A stretch of DNA of 64,000 nucleotides from Pseudomonadota bacterium (GTDB taxonomy: Bacteria > Myxococcota > JACRCW01 > JAFGSX01), in the NCBI GenBank assembly GCA_043821645.1, contig JBDRCO010000087.1:96001-160000 (forward strand), written 5' to 3'. Within the stretch, counting starts at the first letter, position 1, and each line of letters begins with the position of its first letter. A program made the position numbers and the translations under genes. The notes below the pieces were generated by a model. That model ran no database searches and was not told the DNA's origin. It worked only from the letters and a program-made list of their open reading frames with translations. Below, one piece after another: positions 48,901-57,400 of the stretch.

Positions 48901-49030
48901 GTTCTATCCCATGTCGATCTCCCTGATGAGTGGCCTCGCCGTGTCGACCCTGTTGACCATGGTCGTGATCCCGGTGGTGATCAGCTTGACCCATCGCGAC
49001 GTGCCGCAGGCCCCTCGGGTGACGTCATGA
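45983..49030 (+). CDS. RND efflux permease (AcrB/AcrD/AcrF family)
   Basis: GMLVDNAIV, GIVVNNAILL, RLRPI, 12-TM pattern; ATGA overlap with tolC. Confidence 0.95.
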   Translation: MSRVILAALQYRKITLLFTVAIALYGLFSYYVMPKQENPETSPPVALITTVYPGGAPEDVEQLVSKPIEDAVAGIDSFDHVMSWSRNSVSIVVVWLDVRADSEKPWRQMREALDDLEADLPELCQRPEVNTNLAETAGMIIALSGARYDYDQLSGFAEVFERELARVDGIARIDVVGALEKQVDVRVETARINGYGLSFEDLATILRAQNVEIPSGSIERDGVKLAVTTPGVFESLHDIEQTIVDVSPQTGAPVRVRDLATVSMGLEDGRYKIRQNGARAVLLAGYFESGRNIVLVGKDVRAILDRVKQRFPPDLQVDEVVFYPEDVQVAVAGFMRNLLQGVLLVIVVVFLGMGFRNAMVVSLAIPLSVLVSFVVMNLMGLQIHQISTSALIIALGMLVDNAIVIADSIQVRIDAGVPNETAAFEGARESAIPVFTATLTTVAAYSPLMFLPGSVGDFILTIPQVVMVSLSASYLVAMLVTPTLGAMFFRPTSGGTDDSSRLRRGFAFLLAWGLRHKAGTLLIALAVFGAALTLQSRLGLSFFPYSDKNMAYVNVEGEIADFDRTEALAAQAEAILAQTPEITSITTAIGEGLPKFFVSMPQHAQAEDYAQIMFRYDLGRSDRFASNEELVFYLHQQLGAAISGATVSVKLLELADPSAAPVVVRVSGDDYDRLLEVSQQLQARLSEVPGAIDVKDDALSKALEFRVLVDDDVATNLGITKYDIQRQINIALYGGKATVFRKAGKEYDIRVKSDIQSLSELENLAIKSRVAGHKVLLKQIAHVELAPRVELITRYQRDRSIAVTAFVAPGFASPAIEGIIERDLLPGLNLDGVSISFDGEREKIKKNFGNVGMSSLVALAAVYLILLLQFNSFRQPLIILVTVPLSAIGSIIGLFLVGQSMSFTALLGMASLIGIVVNNAILLIDFINRARERGDLIDAACVDAVQRRLRPIGLSTLTTVVGLTPLMLSNNPLFYPMSISLMSGLAVSTLLTMVVIPVVISLTHRDVPQAPRVTS

Positions 49031-49725
49031 CAGCAGCGCTGCGCATCATCGTGGTCGAGGACGACGCGGCCCTGGCGGCAGGCATCGTCAAGGGTCTTCG
49101 CGGCGCGGGCTTTGACGTCGAACTATTCACGACGGGGGACCAGGCGCTGGAGCCCGTGCTCCGCGACCCTCCGGACCTGGTGGTGCTCGATCTCATGCTT
49201 CCTGGTCGCAGCGGCCTCGAACTCCTCGAGGCCTGGCAGGGCCGCAGCCAGGTGCCTGTGCTGGTGCTGACCGCCCGCACAGAGCTCGACGACAGGTTGC
49301 GCTGCTTCTCGCTGGGCGCGGCCGACTACCTGCCCAAGCCCTTCTGGATGGAGGAACTGCTGGCGCGTATTCGCACCCGCCTTCGCGTGCGCGAGGAGGC
49401 CCCGCCACGGCGGGTTGCCTGGGCCGATGTCGTTGCGGACCTCGACGGGCGGCGCGTGCTGCGCGGCGTGCAGGACCTGGGCCTGACTGCGGCAGAGTTC
49501 AATGTGCTCGCCTATCTGCTCGAGCGTCCGGGCCGAGCACTGTCACGCGGGCAGATCGCGCGCGCGGCGCTCTCGGTCGATGACGACGTGGATGAGCGCA
49601 CGGTGGACAGCCACCTGGCGCGGGTGCGCAAGAAGCTGGGGGGGGGGGCGAGCCAGGCCATCGGCACCGTGTGGGGAATCGGCTATCGTTTCCAGCCGGA
49701 ACCAGCGGTCGGGGAAAACGCGTGA
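49027..49725 (+). CDS. OmpR family response regulator
   Basis: VVEDD, LDLMLP, LTAR, DYLPKPF, wHTH TVWGIGY. Confidence 0.95.
   Translation: MTAALRIIVVEDDAALAAGIVKGLRGAGFDVELFTTGDQALEPVLRDPPDLVVLDLMLPGRSGLELLEAWQGRSQVPVLVLTARTELDDRLRCFSLGAADYLPKPFWMEELLARIRTRLRVREEAPPRRVAWADVVADLDGRRVLRGVQDLGLTAAEFNVLAYLLERPGRALSRGQIARAALSVDDDVDERTVDSHLARVRKKLGGGASQAIGTVWGIGYRFQPEPAVGENA
49638..49648 (+). repeat. G11 homopolymer inside the response regulator
   Basis: CTG GGG GGG GGG GCG, currently in frame. Confidence 0.9.
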
Positions 49726-49777
49726 GCACGGCCCCGTCCGTCGTCACATGTCGGACAGGTGACAGGCCCGGGAGCGC

Positions 49778-51178
49778 ATGGATCCACAACGCACATCGCG
49801 CCGCGGCATCGCGGGCCTGACTCCGCGCATCGTCGTCATTGCTGCGCTCAGTGCCAGCCTGGGGCTGGGCGTCATGTATCTCGCCCTCACGCGCATCATC
49901 TCTGGCCGTGTGTTCGGGCTGGCCAGCGACACCATCGTCGAGGTGATGCGCCTACAGGGTGGACTCGGCTGTGCACAGGACCCGGAACACTGGGGCTTCG
50001 TGCTCGGCGACAAGACGCGCATCGACGCTTTTGACATCGACACCTTGCGCTCCCGCAACCCCGGGGCGCCTGCCCTCGAGCCAGAGCTCGCCGGGCTTGT
50101 TCGCGCGGGCGCCACCCGGGTGTACCCGAGCCCTGTGTTTGCGGGGCAGGGGGCGGTGCTGCTGGTGAAAGTCGCGGAGCATGGGCCCTGCAGCCTGGTG
50201 CGCCTGCATCGCCAGGCGGATCCGGGCCTCACCCGCGAAGGTGTGCTGTTGCTCTCGAGCTTCTTGCTGTTCGCCCTGGTGTTGACCGGGGTGCTTGGCA
50301 TGCTGTGGGTGGTCAGACCCCTGCTCCGGCGCATCGGTGTGCTGGCGCGCGTTGCGGGCAGTGTCGGCACGCCTGACGTGTTCCCGGCCATGCAACCCAG
50401 CCGCGACGAACTCGGCGAGATCGAGCGCGGTTTGCTGCACGCGCACGACCGCATCACCTCCAGCCAGGCCGAGCTCACAGCCAAGAATCTGGCGCTGACG
50501 GGGCATCTCGCCGACGTGGCACACGATCTTCTCACACCCATCTCCTCGCTGCAGCTCGCCCTCGAGCGCCTGGCAAGCGGAGACGCTGACGTCCGCGCCG
50601 AGGCTCTGGCCGCCGCCATCGGAGATGCGGTCTATCTCGAGCACCTGACCGACAATCTGCGACTGGCCACCAAGCTTGCCGAGGGGCTGGTGGGCGACGC
50701 GGCGATGCAGCGCACGGATCTGGTCCAGGTGATCCTGCGGGTGTGCGGGCGCTTCGCCCTGCTGGCACGACAGAAGCGCATCGCTCTTGAGCGCGCACAT
50801 CCCGACGAGGCCGTGTGGCTGGTGGGCGACCCCGTGCTCCACGAGCGTGCCCTGAGCAATCTCGTGCACAACGCCCTGCGCTATGGCGAGGTCGGCGGTC
50901 ACGTCGCTGTGCTGCTCGAGGTGCAAGGAACGCGCTTCACCCTCGCCGTGCTCGACGACGGACCCGGTGTGCCGCCCGAGGACATCGGACGCCTGGCCGA
51001 GCGCACCTTCCGCAGCGATCAGGCGCGGCAGCGCGATGTCCATGGCCAGGGTCTGGGGCTGGCCATCACGTCGGAGATCTGTCGTCGTGCGGACCTGCAG
51101 CTCGCCTTCAGTGCGGTCGAACCCCGGGGGCTGCGGGTGTGCATTTCTGGCTCCACCGCGCTTGAGCCCGCGCCCTGA
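49778..51178 (+). CDS. HAMP sensor histidine kinase
   Basis: Two TMs, DELG HAMP, AHDLLTP H-box, NLVHNALRY, DDGPG, GLGLAI. Confidence 0.95.
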   Translation: MDPQRTSRRGIAGLTPRIVVIAALSASLGLGVMYLALTRIISGRVFGLASDTIVEVMRLQGGLGCAQDPEHWGFVLGDKTRIDAFDIDTLRSRNPGAPALEPELAGLVRAGATRVYPSPVFAGQGAVLLVKVAEHGPCSLVRLHRQADPGLTREGVLLLSSFLLFALVLTGVLGMLWVVRPLLRRIGVLARVAGSVGTPDVFPAMQPSRDELGEIERGLLHAHDRITSSQAELTAKNLALTGHLADVAHDLLTPISSLQLALERLASGDADVRAEALAAAIGDAVYLEHLTDNLRLATKLAEGLVGDAAMQRTDLVQVILRVCGRFALLARQKRIALERAHPDEAVWLVGDPVLHERALSNLVHNALRYGEVGGHVAVLLEVQGTRFTLAVLDDGPGVPPEDIGRLAERTFRSDQARQRDVHGQGLGLAITSEICRRADLQLAFSAVEPRGLRVCISGSTALEPAP

Positions 51179-51204
51179 TTCTTTTCATTCGCCCCCGAGC
51201 ACCC

Positions 51205-51432
51205 TCAGTGGTCCTCTCCTGCGGCGTCTGCAGCACCGGCATCCTCGCGCGCGAGCTCGATGCAGACACCGCCGTCGTTCTCGACAAAACCAGAGACGCA
51301 CAGGCATGTCGGTCCTCGGGCCAGGTCCGCGCACACGGCGTGGAGGGGACATTCGACCCCGTCACAGGGGTCTGGTCGCCCGCAGGCCATACCCGCGAGA
51401 GTGAGGGCGAGGAAGATCAGCCGGCGTGCCAT
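51205..51432 (-). CDS. Small lipoprotein with one EGF-like domain
   Basis: Lipobox GMAC; CDGVECPLHAVC...CLCVSGF...C six-Cys EGF pattern; GGGAG RBS. Confidence 0.7.
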   Translation of the reverse strand: MARRLIFLALTLAGMACGRPDPCDGVECPLHAVCADLARGPTCLCVSGFVENDGGVCIELAREDAGAADAAGEDH

Positions 51433-51463
51433 GGGTATGCGCTCCCTCTCTCGGTGAGACGCT

Positions 51464-54403
51464 CTACAGCGCGTAGCTCAGACTCAGGTAGAAGCTGCGG
51501 CCGGGTTGCCGCAGCGTGGTATCCGCGATGTCCTCGCCCACGGGCAGTCGATACTCCCAGTCCAGGGCATTGCGAAGGCCCGCGGCGTACTCCAGGCCCA
51601 GTGGCTGATAGCGCCCGGACAGGGTCAGATCGAGCAGGGCAATGGGTGGGAGCTGGTGATCCAGGGTGTCGCGCCGTCCGAACTCCCAGTACAGGCGGCC
51701 TGCGCCGATGAGTGCGCGCCCGGCCAGCGGGACCACTGCCTTGAGCCCGACGAGGTGCTCGGGGGAGTTGGGCAGGGTCTGCGCGCCAAGCAGATCGGTG
51801 GCCCGGGTGCGCTGGAAGGAATACTGGGCCGAGGCCAGGATGCCCTGGCTCAGCTCACGCCTCAGCTCGACCTCGGCGCCAGCCGTCCACACCGGATCCG
51901 GACTGTTGTCGTAGTAAAAAGGGTTGTTCGACACGCCCTCGCCGACCTGGGTGACCAGCTCGGTGATGTAATTGACGAACACCGCGCCGCTCAACCACAG
52001 GCGTTCCATCAGGCGCCTGTTGTACTCGAGTTCGGCGGTGATGACGGCCTCGGGCGACAGGCCAGGACTCTGGATCTGGGTCTCGCCACCATCCCAGTAG
52101 GTCAGCTCGTAGATGGACGGCGCGCGAAAGGCGCGGCCTACCATCAGCTTGATGCTGTCGTCGTCCGATGGCCTGAGCACCGCGGCCAGGCGCGGATTGA
52201 CCGAGTACAGCAAGCGTTGCTGGGACGCACTGCCCTCCGTCGTCAGGTTGGTGATCCACCAGCCATCGAAGCGCGCTCCGGCCGACAGTCGCAGCCAGCT
52301 CAGCGGGTGCAGATCGAGCACGCCATAGCCAGAACCGACGTGAAAGGGATGCTGCTCGTCGATGGCATCGCCGATCGCCGTGTTGAGAAAATGCCCCTGA
52401 TACTCTGTGCCGAGGGTCAAGCGAAGCCAGTCGAGGGGCTCGAGCTCGCCACGGATCTCCGCGCCACCCCAGGCTCCGGTGAATCGCTCCGTCAGCAGCC
52501 CGTCCTCGACCTGGTAGGGGAAGGCACCCTGGTAGGCCGCGTAATCGAGGTAGGTCCGCGCATGCAGGCGCAGCCATGACGCGAGCTCCGGCTCGTAGCG
52601 CAGGTCCAGGAAGCCTCGCTGGTCGTCCTCGTGCTCGCGCCTGTCGCCGAAGATGGTACCGAAGGCTGCGGTGGGAATCTGCTTGGCGCGGTGATTGAAG
52701 TAGCCTTGCAGGCTGAGATCCTTCCACCACCCACGCAGCAGCACGGTGCCAGCCTGGAAGTCGCCGACGCCGTGGGCGACCCCGTCCGGGGCCCAGGGTG
52801 TGCCCACGTAGGCATCGTAGGCCAGGTCGCGCGCTTGGCCGAGGGATCCGCTCGCCGCGGCCCAGAAGCCCCCTTCGTCGCCGAGGCTGTGGCCCCCATC
52901 TGCTCCGAAACCGGCACTGCCGTCACCCAGGGCGAACAGGCTGGTGCGCACCGTGTGGCGAGGTGCCGTGCGCGGCGTCACCAGGTTGAACACGCCGAGG
53001 AAGGCGTTGCTGCCGTAAAGTGCAGAACCCGGTCCGCGCACGATCTCGATGTGCTCGATGGTGCGCAGGGAGGTCATCAGGTCCTGGTCGACGAAGGAGG
53101 ATCCCACCCAGTCGCCATTCAGGGTGTGCCCGTCGAGCTGCACCAGCACGCGATTGCCGTAGCTGCCAAAGGGCTGCAGCCCGCGCACTCCGAGAGTCCG
53201 GTAGGCGCCGTCGTCGTTGGCGAACACGCTGCGTGAGCCCAGGGCCGCGTCGTACAGCGAGCTGTAGCCCATGGCATCGATCTCGGGTCGGCTGATCACG
53301 GTCACCGAGGCGGGTGCGTCCTGGATGGACTCGACGCTGCGCGAGGCTGCGGCCACCTCATCACTGGCCGCCAGGGCGATCTCGACCAGGGAGCGCGATC
53401 GCGGCGCGATGGTGACGTCCTGCTCCGCGGGGCGGTAGCCCTCGAGTTCAACACGCAGACGGTGCGTCCCTGCACGCAGGTTCTCGACCACCTCGGGGGT
53501 GAAGCCCACGGGCTGTCCGTCGAGCAGGATCAGGGCGTCGCGCTCGTCACACTGCACCACCAAGGCTCCGCGCAATTCCTCGAGCTGGATGCGCAGCGAG
53601 GTCTTCTGGTCGGCCCGCACCACCGGCGTGGCCTGCAGCGTCTCGTGCCCGTCGAGCCCGATGGCAAGCACGGCGGAACCAGGAGGCAGCGAGAGGGTCG
53701 CCGGAACCCGTCCCAGCTCCTTCCCATCTTCGGACCCGGCGCGAATCCAGGCACCCTCGGGCGCGCCCGCGATCTCGAGCGTGCCAAAGATCTGCTTCAG
53801 CTCGACGCGCACCGGTGTCTCGGTTCCCACGGCGAGCTTGACGTCCTTGACGACGACGGGCTCGAAGCCGTCGAGCTCGAGCAGGACCTGTATGGTGGCG
53901 GGTGCCAGGGCGAGATCGCGCGGTGTCGTGCCGTAGCTGCCCAGGTCGCGGCGGCCGACGTACACCGTGGCCCCGGGGGGGGTGGTCTCCACGCGCAGCA
54001 GAGCCACATGCTGGCGGACGCGTCGCATGCCCTCCGCGGCCCTGGCGCGGTCCTCGGTGGACACCCCGGACTCCGCGTACATGGAGAAGAAACGATAGGC
54101 CTCGACATACTGCTGCAGACGCTCGTAGCAGCGCGCCACGTTGAAGATCACGTTCTTGTTGGGCGCGAGTCGGTTGGAGGCCAGGTAGTGGGCGACAGCC
54201 CGTCGATACTCGCCCTGGAGGTAGGCCTCGTTGCCGAGGGTGAACAGCACCTCGGCCTCGTCGACCACTCCGGTCTCCATCTGCGCCAGGACCTCGGGGG
54301 CGCTGACCAGGAGGGTGACCCCCACCACCATGGCCCTGCACCATCCGACGGTGGTCCGGCAGCGGCGACGGCACGAGACGACGGGTTCTCTGTCCTCAGG
54401 CAC
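51464..54403 (-). CDS. TonB-dependent receptor with N-terminal TPR and three PEGA domains
   Basis: APASVTVI, GVRG, IEHIEIVRGPGSALYG plug motifs; RAFRAPS, NSP, GRSFYLSLSY barrel end; start uncertain. Confidence 0.92.
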   Translation of the reverse strand: MPEDREPVVSCRRRCRTTVGWCRAMVVGVTLLVSAPEVLAQMETGVVDEAEVLFTLGNEAYLQGEYRRAVAHYLASNRLAPNKNVIFNVARCYERLQQYVEAYRFFSMYAESGVSTEDRARAAEGMRRVRQHVALLRVETTPPGATVYVGRRDLGSYGTTPRDLALAPATIQVLLELDGFEPVVVKDVKLAVGTETPVRVELKQIFGTLEIAGAPEGAWIRAGSEDGKELGRVPATLSLPPGSAVLAIGLDGHETLQATPVVRADQKTSLRIQLEELRGALVVQCDERDALILLDGQPVGFTPEVVENLRAGTHRLRVELEGYRPAEQDVTIAPRSRSLVEIALAASDEVAAASRSVESIQDAPASVTVISRPEIDAMGYSSLYDAALGSRSVFANDDGAYRTLGVRGLQPFGSYGNRVLVQLDGHTLNGDWVGSSFVDQDLMTSLRTIEHIEIVRGPGSALYGSNAFLGVFNLVTPRTAPRHTVRTSLFALGDGSAGFGADGGHSLGDEGGFWAAASGSLGQARDLAYDAYVGTPWAPDGVAHGVGDFQAGTVLLRGWWKDLSLQGYFNHRAKQIPTAAFGTIFGDRREHEDDQRGFLDLRYEPELASWLRLHARTYLDYAAYQGAFPYQVEDGLLTERFTGAWGGAEIRGELEPLDWLRLTLGTEYQGHFLNTAIGDAIDEQHPFHVGSGYGVLDLHPLSWLRLSAGARFDGWWITNLTTEGSASQQRLLYSVNPRLAAVLRPSDDDSIKLMVGRAFRAPSIYELTYWDGGETQIQSPGLSPEAVITAELEYNRRLMERLWLSGAVFVNYITELVTQVGEGVSNNPFYYDNSPDPVWTAGAEVELRRELSQGILASAQYSFQRTRATDLLGAQTLPNSPEHLVGLKAVVPLAGRALIGAGRLYWEFGRRDTLDHQLPPIALLDLTLSGRYQPLGLEYAAGLRNALDWEYRLPVGEDIADTTLRQPGRSFYLSLSYAL

Positions 54404-54463
54404 ATGACCTCCCGTGCAGCACGCCGCTCGGACTCGGGCCGATCGAGTCAAGGGCGCGGCCTG

Positions 54464-57400
54464 TTAGGGCTGCGGGATCATCGCGGGCTGCTTGGTGCGG
54501 TAGGTGGCGTCCACGTGGCGCATCAGCTCGATGAACGCATCCTCGTACTGGCGGCCCTCGGGCAGGCCCTGGAAGTTCATGTAAAAGTTTCCGGTGTAGC
54601 AGTCGGTGGGTCCGCACTCGCCGTCGGCGAAGATCAGGATCATCTTCTGCCAGTCGCTGCGGTTCTCGGCGACCCGGTGCGGCAAGAAGGACTCCTTCAT
54701 GTTGGTGAAGAACACGATGCCCGAGATGACCAGGCCCTCGGCGTCCATGCCCTGGCCGTGCATGAAATACGCGACCGGGAAGCGCGCGTCGGGCTCGAGG
54801 TAGTAGTTGGGTGGCAGCACCAGGCCAAAGTCGAGATCGCGGCTGATGGCGGTGCTGTAGAAGCGCTCGAGGCGTGCGAAGTCCTTGATCTCGCCGCTGG
54901 GGCCGCCGAGCTGGTCGATGTCCGCATTGATGTAGCTGAAGTCGCCTCCGGGCATGCGCGCGGAGGCGAAGGTGAGCATGGTGTACAGGCGGTCCAGCAC
55001 CTGGTCGCCCGGGCCCACGTGATTACCAGAACCAAAAACCTCGTCGACACCGGGACAGACAGACGGGTCACCGTAGCGCAGGTAGGCATTCTTGCCGATG
55101 ACCGAGGGTGCGTAGTCGAGCTCGAGGAACCAGAAGCTGCTGTTCTGGCGCCAGCCCGGGACCGAGGGCTCGCCGTCGAAGGTCCGGCTCGACGGCTCAC
55201 GGGCCTTGAGGGTGCCGTACAGGTTGTTGGTGACCTGGGCCGAGTTGATGAAATCGCGCAGGCCAGCGTCCATCCACCAGTCGAGGCGGTTGAACTCGAC
55301 GTCGCTCATGGTCTGCAACTTGCGCCGCGGGCTCTGCTCGAGGGCGTGTGCCAGGTAGGGATTCTGCGAGTACAGGCCATCCCCCTCGCCGTAGTCGCCG
55401 GTGGCCGGAACCCCGTCGAGTCCGTCGTCACGGTAGGGCTCGCCGTCGTCGTAGCGGAAACTGTGCTCGGTGCCCAGCGTGTTGGCCATGTAGTCGTAGT
55501 CGTCACCGTTGGGATCGGGGTTGGTCGTGGGGTTGTAAGCGCCGCCGCCGCAGCCGCCCTGGCCGTCCTCCTGAGGTGAGGCACAGCCGTCCACCCCGAC
55601 GTCGTCGTAGCGCTCCTCGCTGTTGTCGATGACAGGCTCGCCATAGTCGCGCCGCCCGTTGCCGTTGTAGTCCACCGCCACCGAGAACTCGATGGGGATG
55701 TTGTGGGTGCTCTGGATGACGAAGCGCAGCGGTTGCTGGGGCCGTACCGAGACCGAGCCGCCAAAACCCCGCAGATGGCCGAGCTGCACGCTGCAGGTGC
55801 CCGTGCCACCATTGCACAGGGTCGAGGCGTCCACGCCGTCGACGCTGCCATTGCCGCAGCTGGGGATGCACACCGACGGGTTGCCGCTGCAGGCCCAGCC
55901 AGGATCGACGCCACACCACGGCGAGCAGCCGTCGCCCGGATTCAGGTTGCCGTCGTCACAGCGCTCGCCAGGGTTCAAGGCCCCGTTGCCGCACCGCGAG
56001 GTGGCGCAGGCCGAGGGCTGTCCGGCGCAGGTGTAACCCGGCTCCAGCGCGCACAGGTGGGTGCAGCCATCGCCGTCGGCCGTGTTGCCGTCGTCACAGA
56101 CCTCGCCGGGATCCTGGGTGCCATCACCGCAGTGCAGGACACAGGTCGAGGGCTGGCCCGTGCAGGAATACCCGGGCTCGTAGCTGCAGCCCGGAGAGCA
56201 GCCATCGCCCGCCGCGGTGTTGCCATCGTCGCAGCCCTCGCCTTCATCGACCGCACCGTCGCCACACAAGGGCGCGCACGATCCGGTGGCCGGGCAGCGA
56301 TACCCCTTCTCGACCCGGCAACCAGGGGAGCAACCATCCCCGGCCGCGGTATTTCCGTCGTCACAACGCTCGCCCGCATCGGCCGCGGCATTGCCGCAGG
56401 TGGCGGCGCAGGTCGAGGGTGCGCCCAGGCACGCGTATCCCGGCTCTATGGTGCAGTGATCCGAGCAGCCATCACCGGTGGCGGTGTTGCCGTCGTCGCA
56501 TTGCTCCGAGGGCTCCACCGCGCTGTTGCCGCAGGTATTCTGGCAGGTGGTTCCCTGGCAGGTGTACCCCGGCTCGAGCAGGCAACGCGCCGAGCAGCCG
56601 TCGCCATCGCTCTGGTTGCCGTCGTCACAGGCCTCGCCCTCGACGACGACGCGGGTTCCGCTCTCGCTGTGCGGGTGCGCTGCGCAGTGAAACTGGTAGC
56701 GTCCCGGCTCGGCAAACACCGTGGTGAAGACGCCCCCCGGCCCGAGCAGCGGACTCTCGAAGCGTCCGTCGGCGTTGTCCGCGGGTCCCGACGCCACGCG
56801 GTGCTGATCCGGCCAGAAGTCACCGGTATCGCCCTCCTCGCCGTCGCAGTAGGTGATGACCGGGTAAGACCCATCGGGATTGAACTCGAGGTTGTACAGG
56901 CCGTTGACGACGACGGGGTTGGCGCAGCGCTCGGCCCGGGCCGCGGAGCGCTCCGCCCCGGTCAGGCCCAGGGGCACCCGCCAGCTCTCGGGCACGCCCG
57001 GCGGCAGCAGCGCGTTGTCCGGGTTGTAGGTGAACACGTTGCCGTGGGCGAAGTTGAGATCATGGAAGATCTCGACCAGGCCGTTGCGGGTGAAGCCGCC
57101 GCCGCGTCCCACGTCGGGGCCGCGAAACCAGCTGTTGAAGCCCGAGGGAAAGATCTGGCACTCGGTGCCAGGGGCGGCCGGGTAATCGAGCTGCACCGGA
57201 CCACAGAAGGTGTCGGGATTCTCGGGATCGTCGACCGAATCGAGGTTGTTCAGGATCTGGCTGCGGTCGCAGAAACCGGCCATGTGGCTGTGGCGTATCA
57301 TGTGGGTGAAGAAATCGAAGTCCGAGAACGGAGTGCCCATGACCCCCACCACGTCGAACAGCTCGGGGTGGTTGGCCGCGATGCGCGAGGCCGAACCGCC

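Noticed and set aside
55830-56635. Periodic DNA repeats as a possible CRISPR array
   Set aside because: Degenerate, in-frame, protein-coding Cys-rich repeats; no identical repeats with unique spacers and no cas genes
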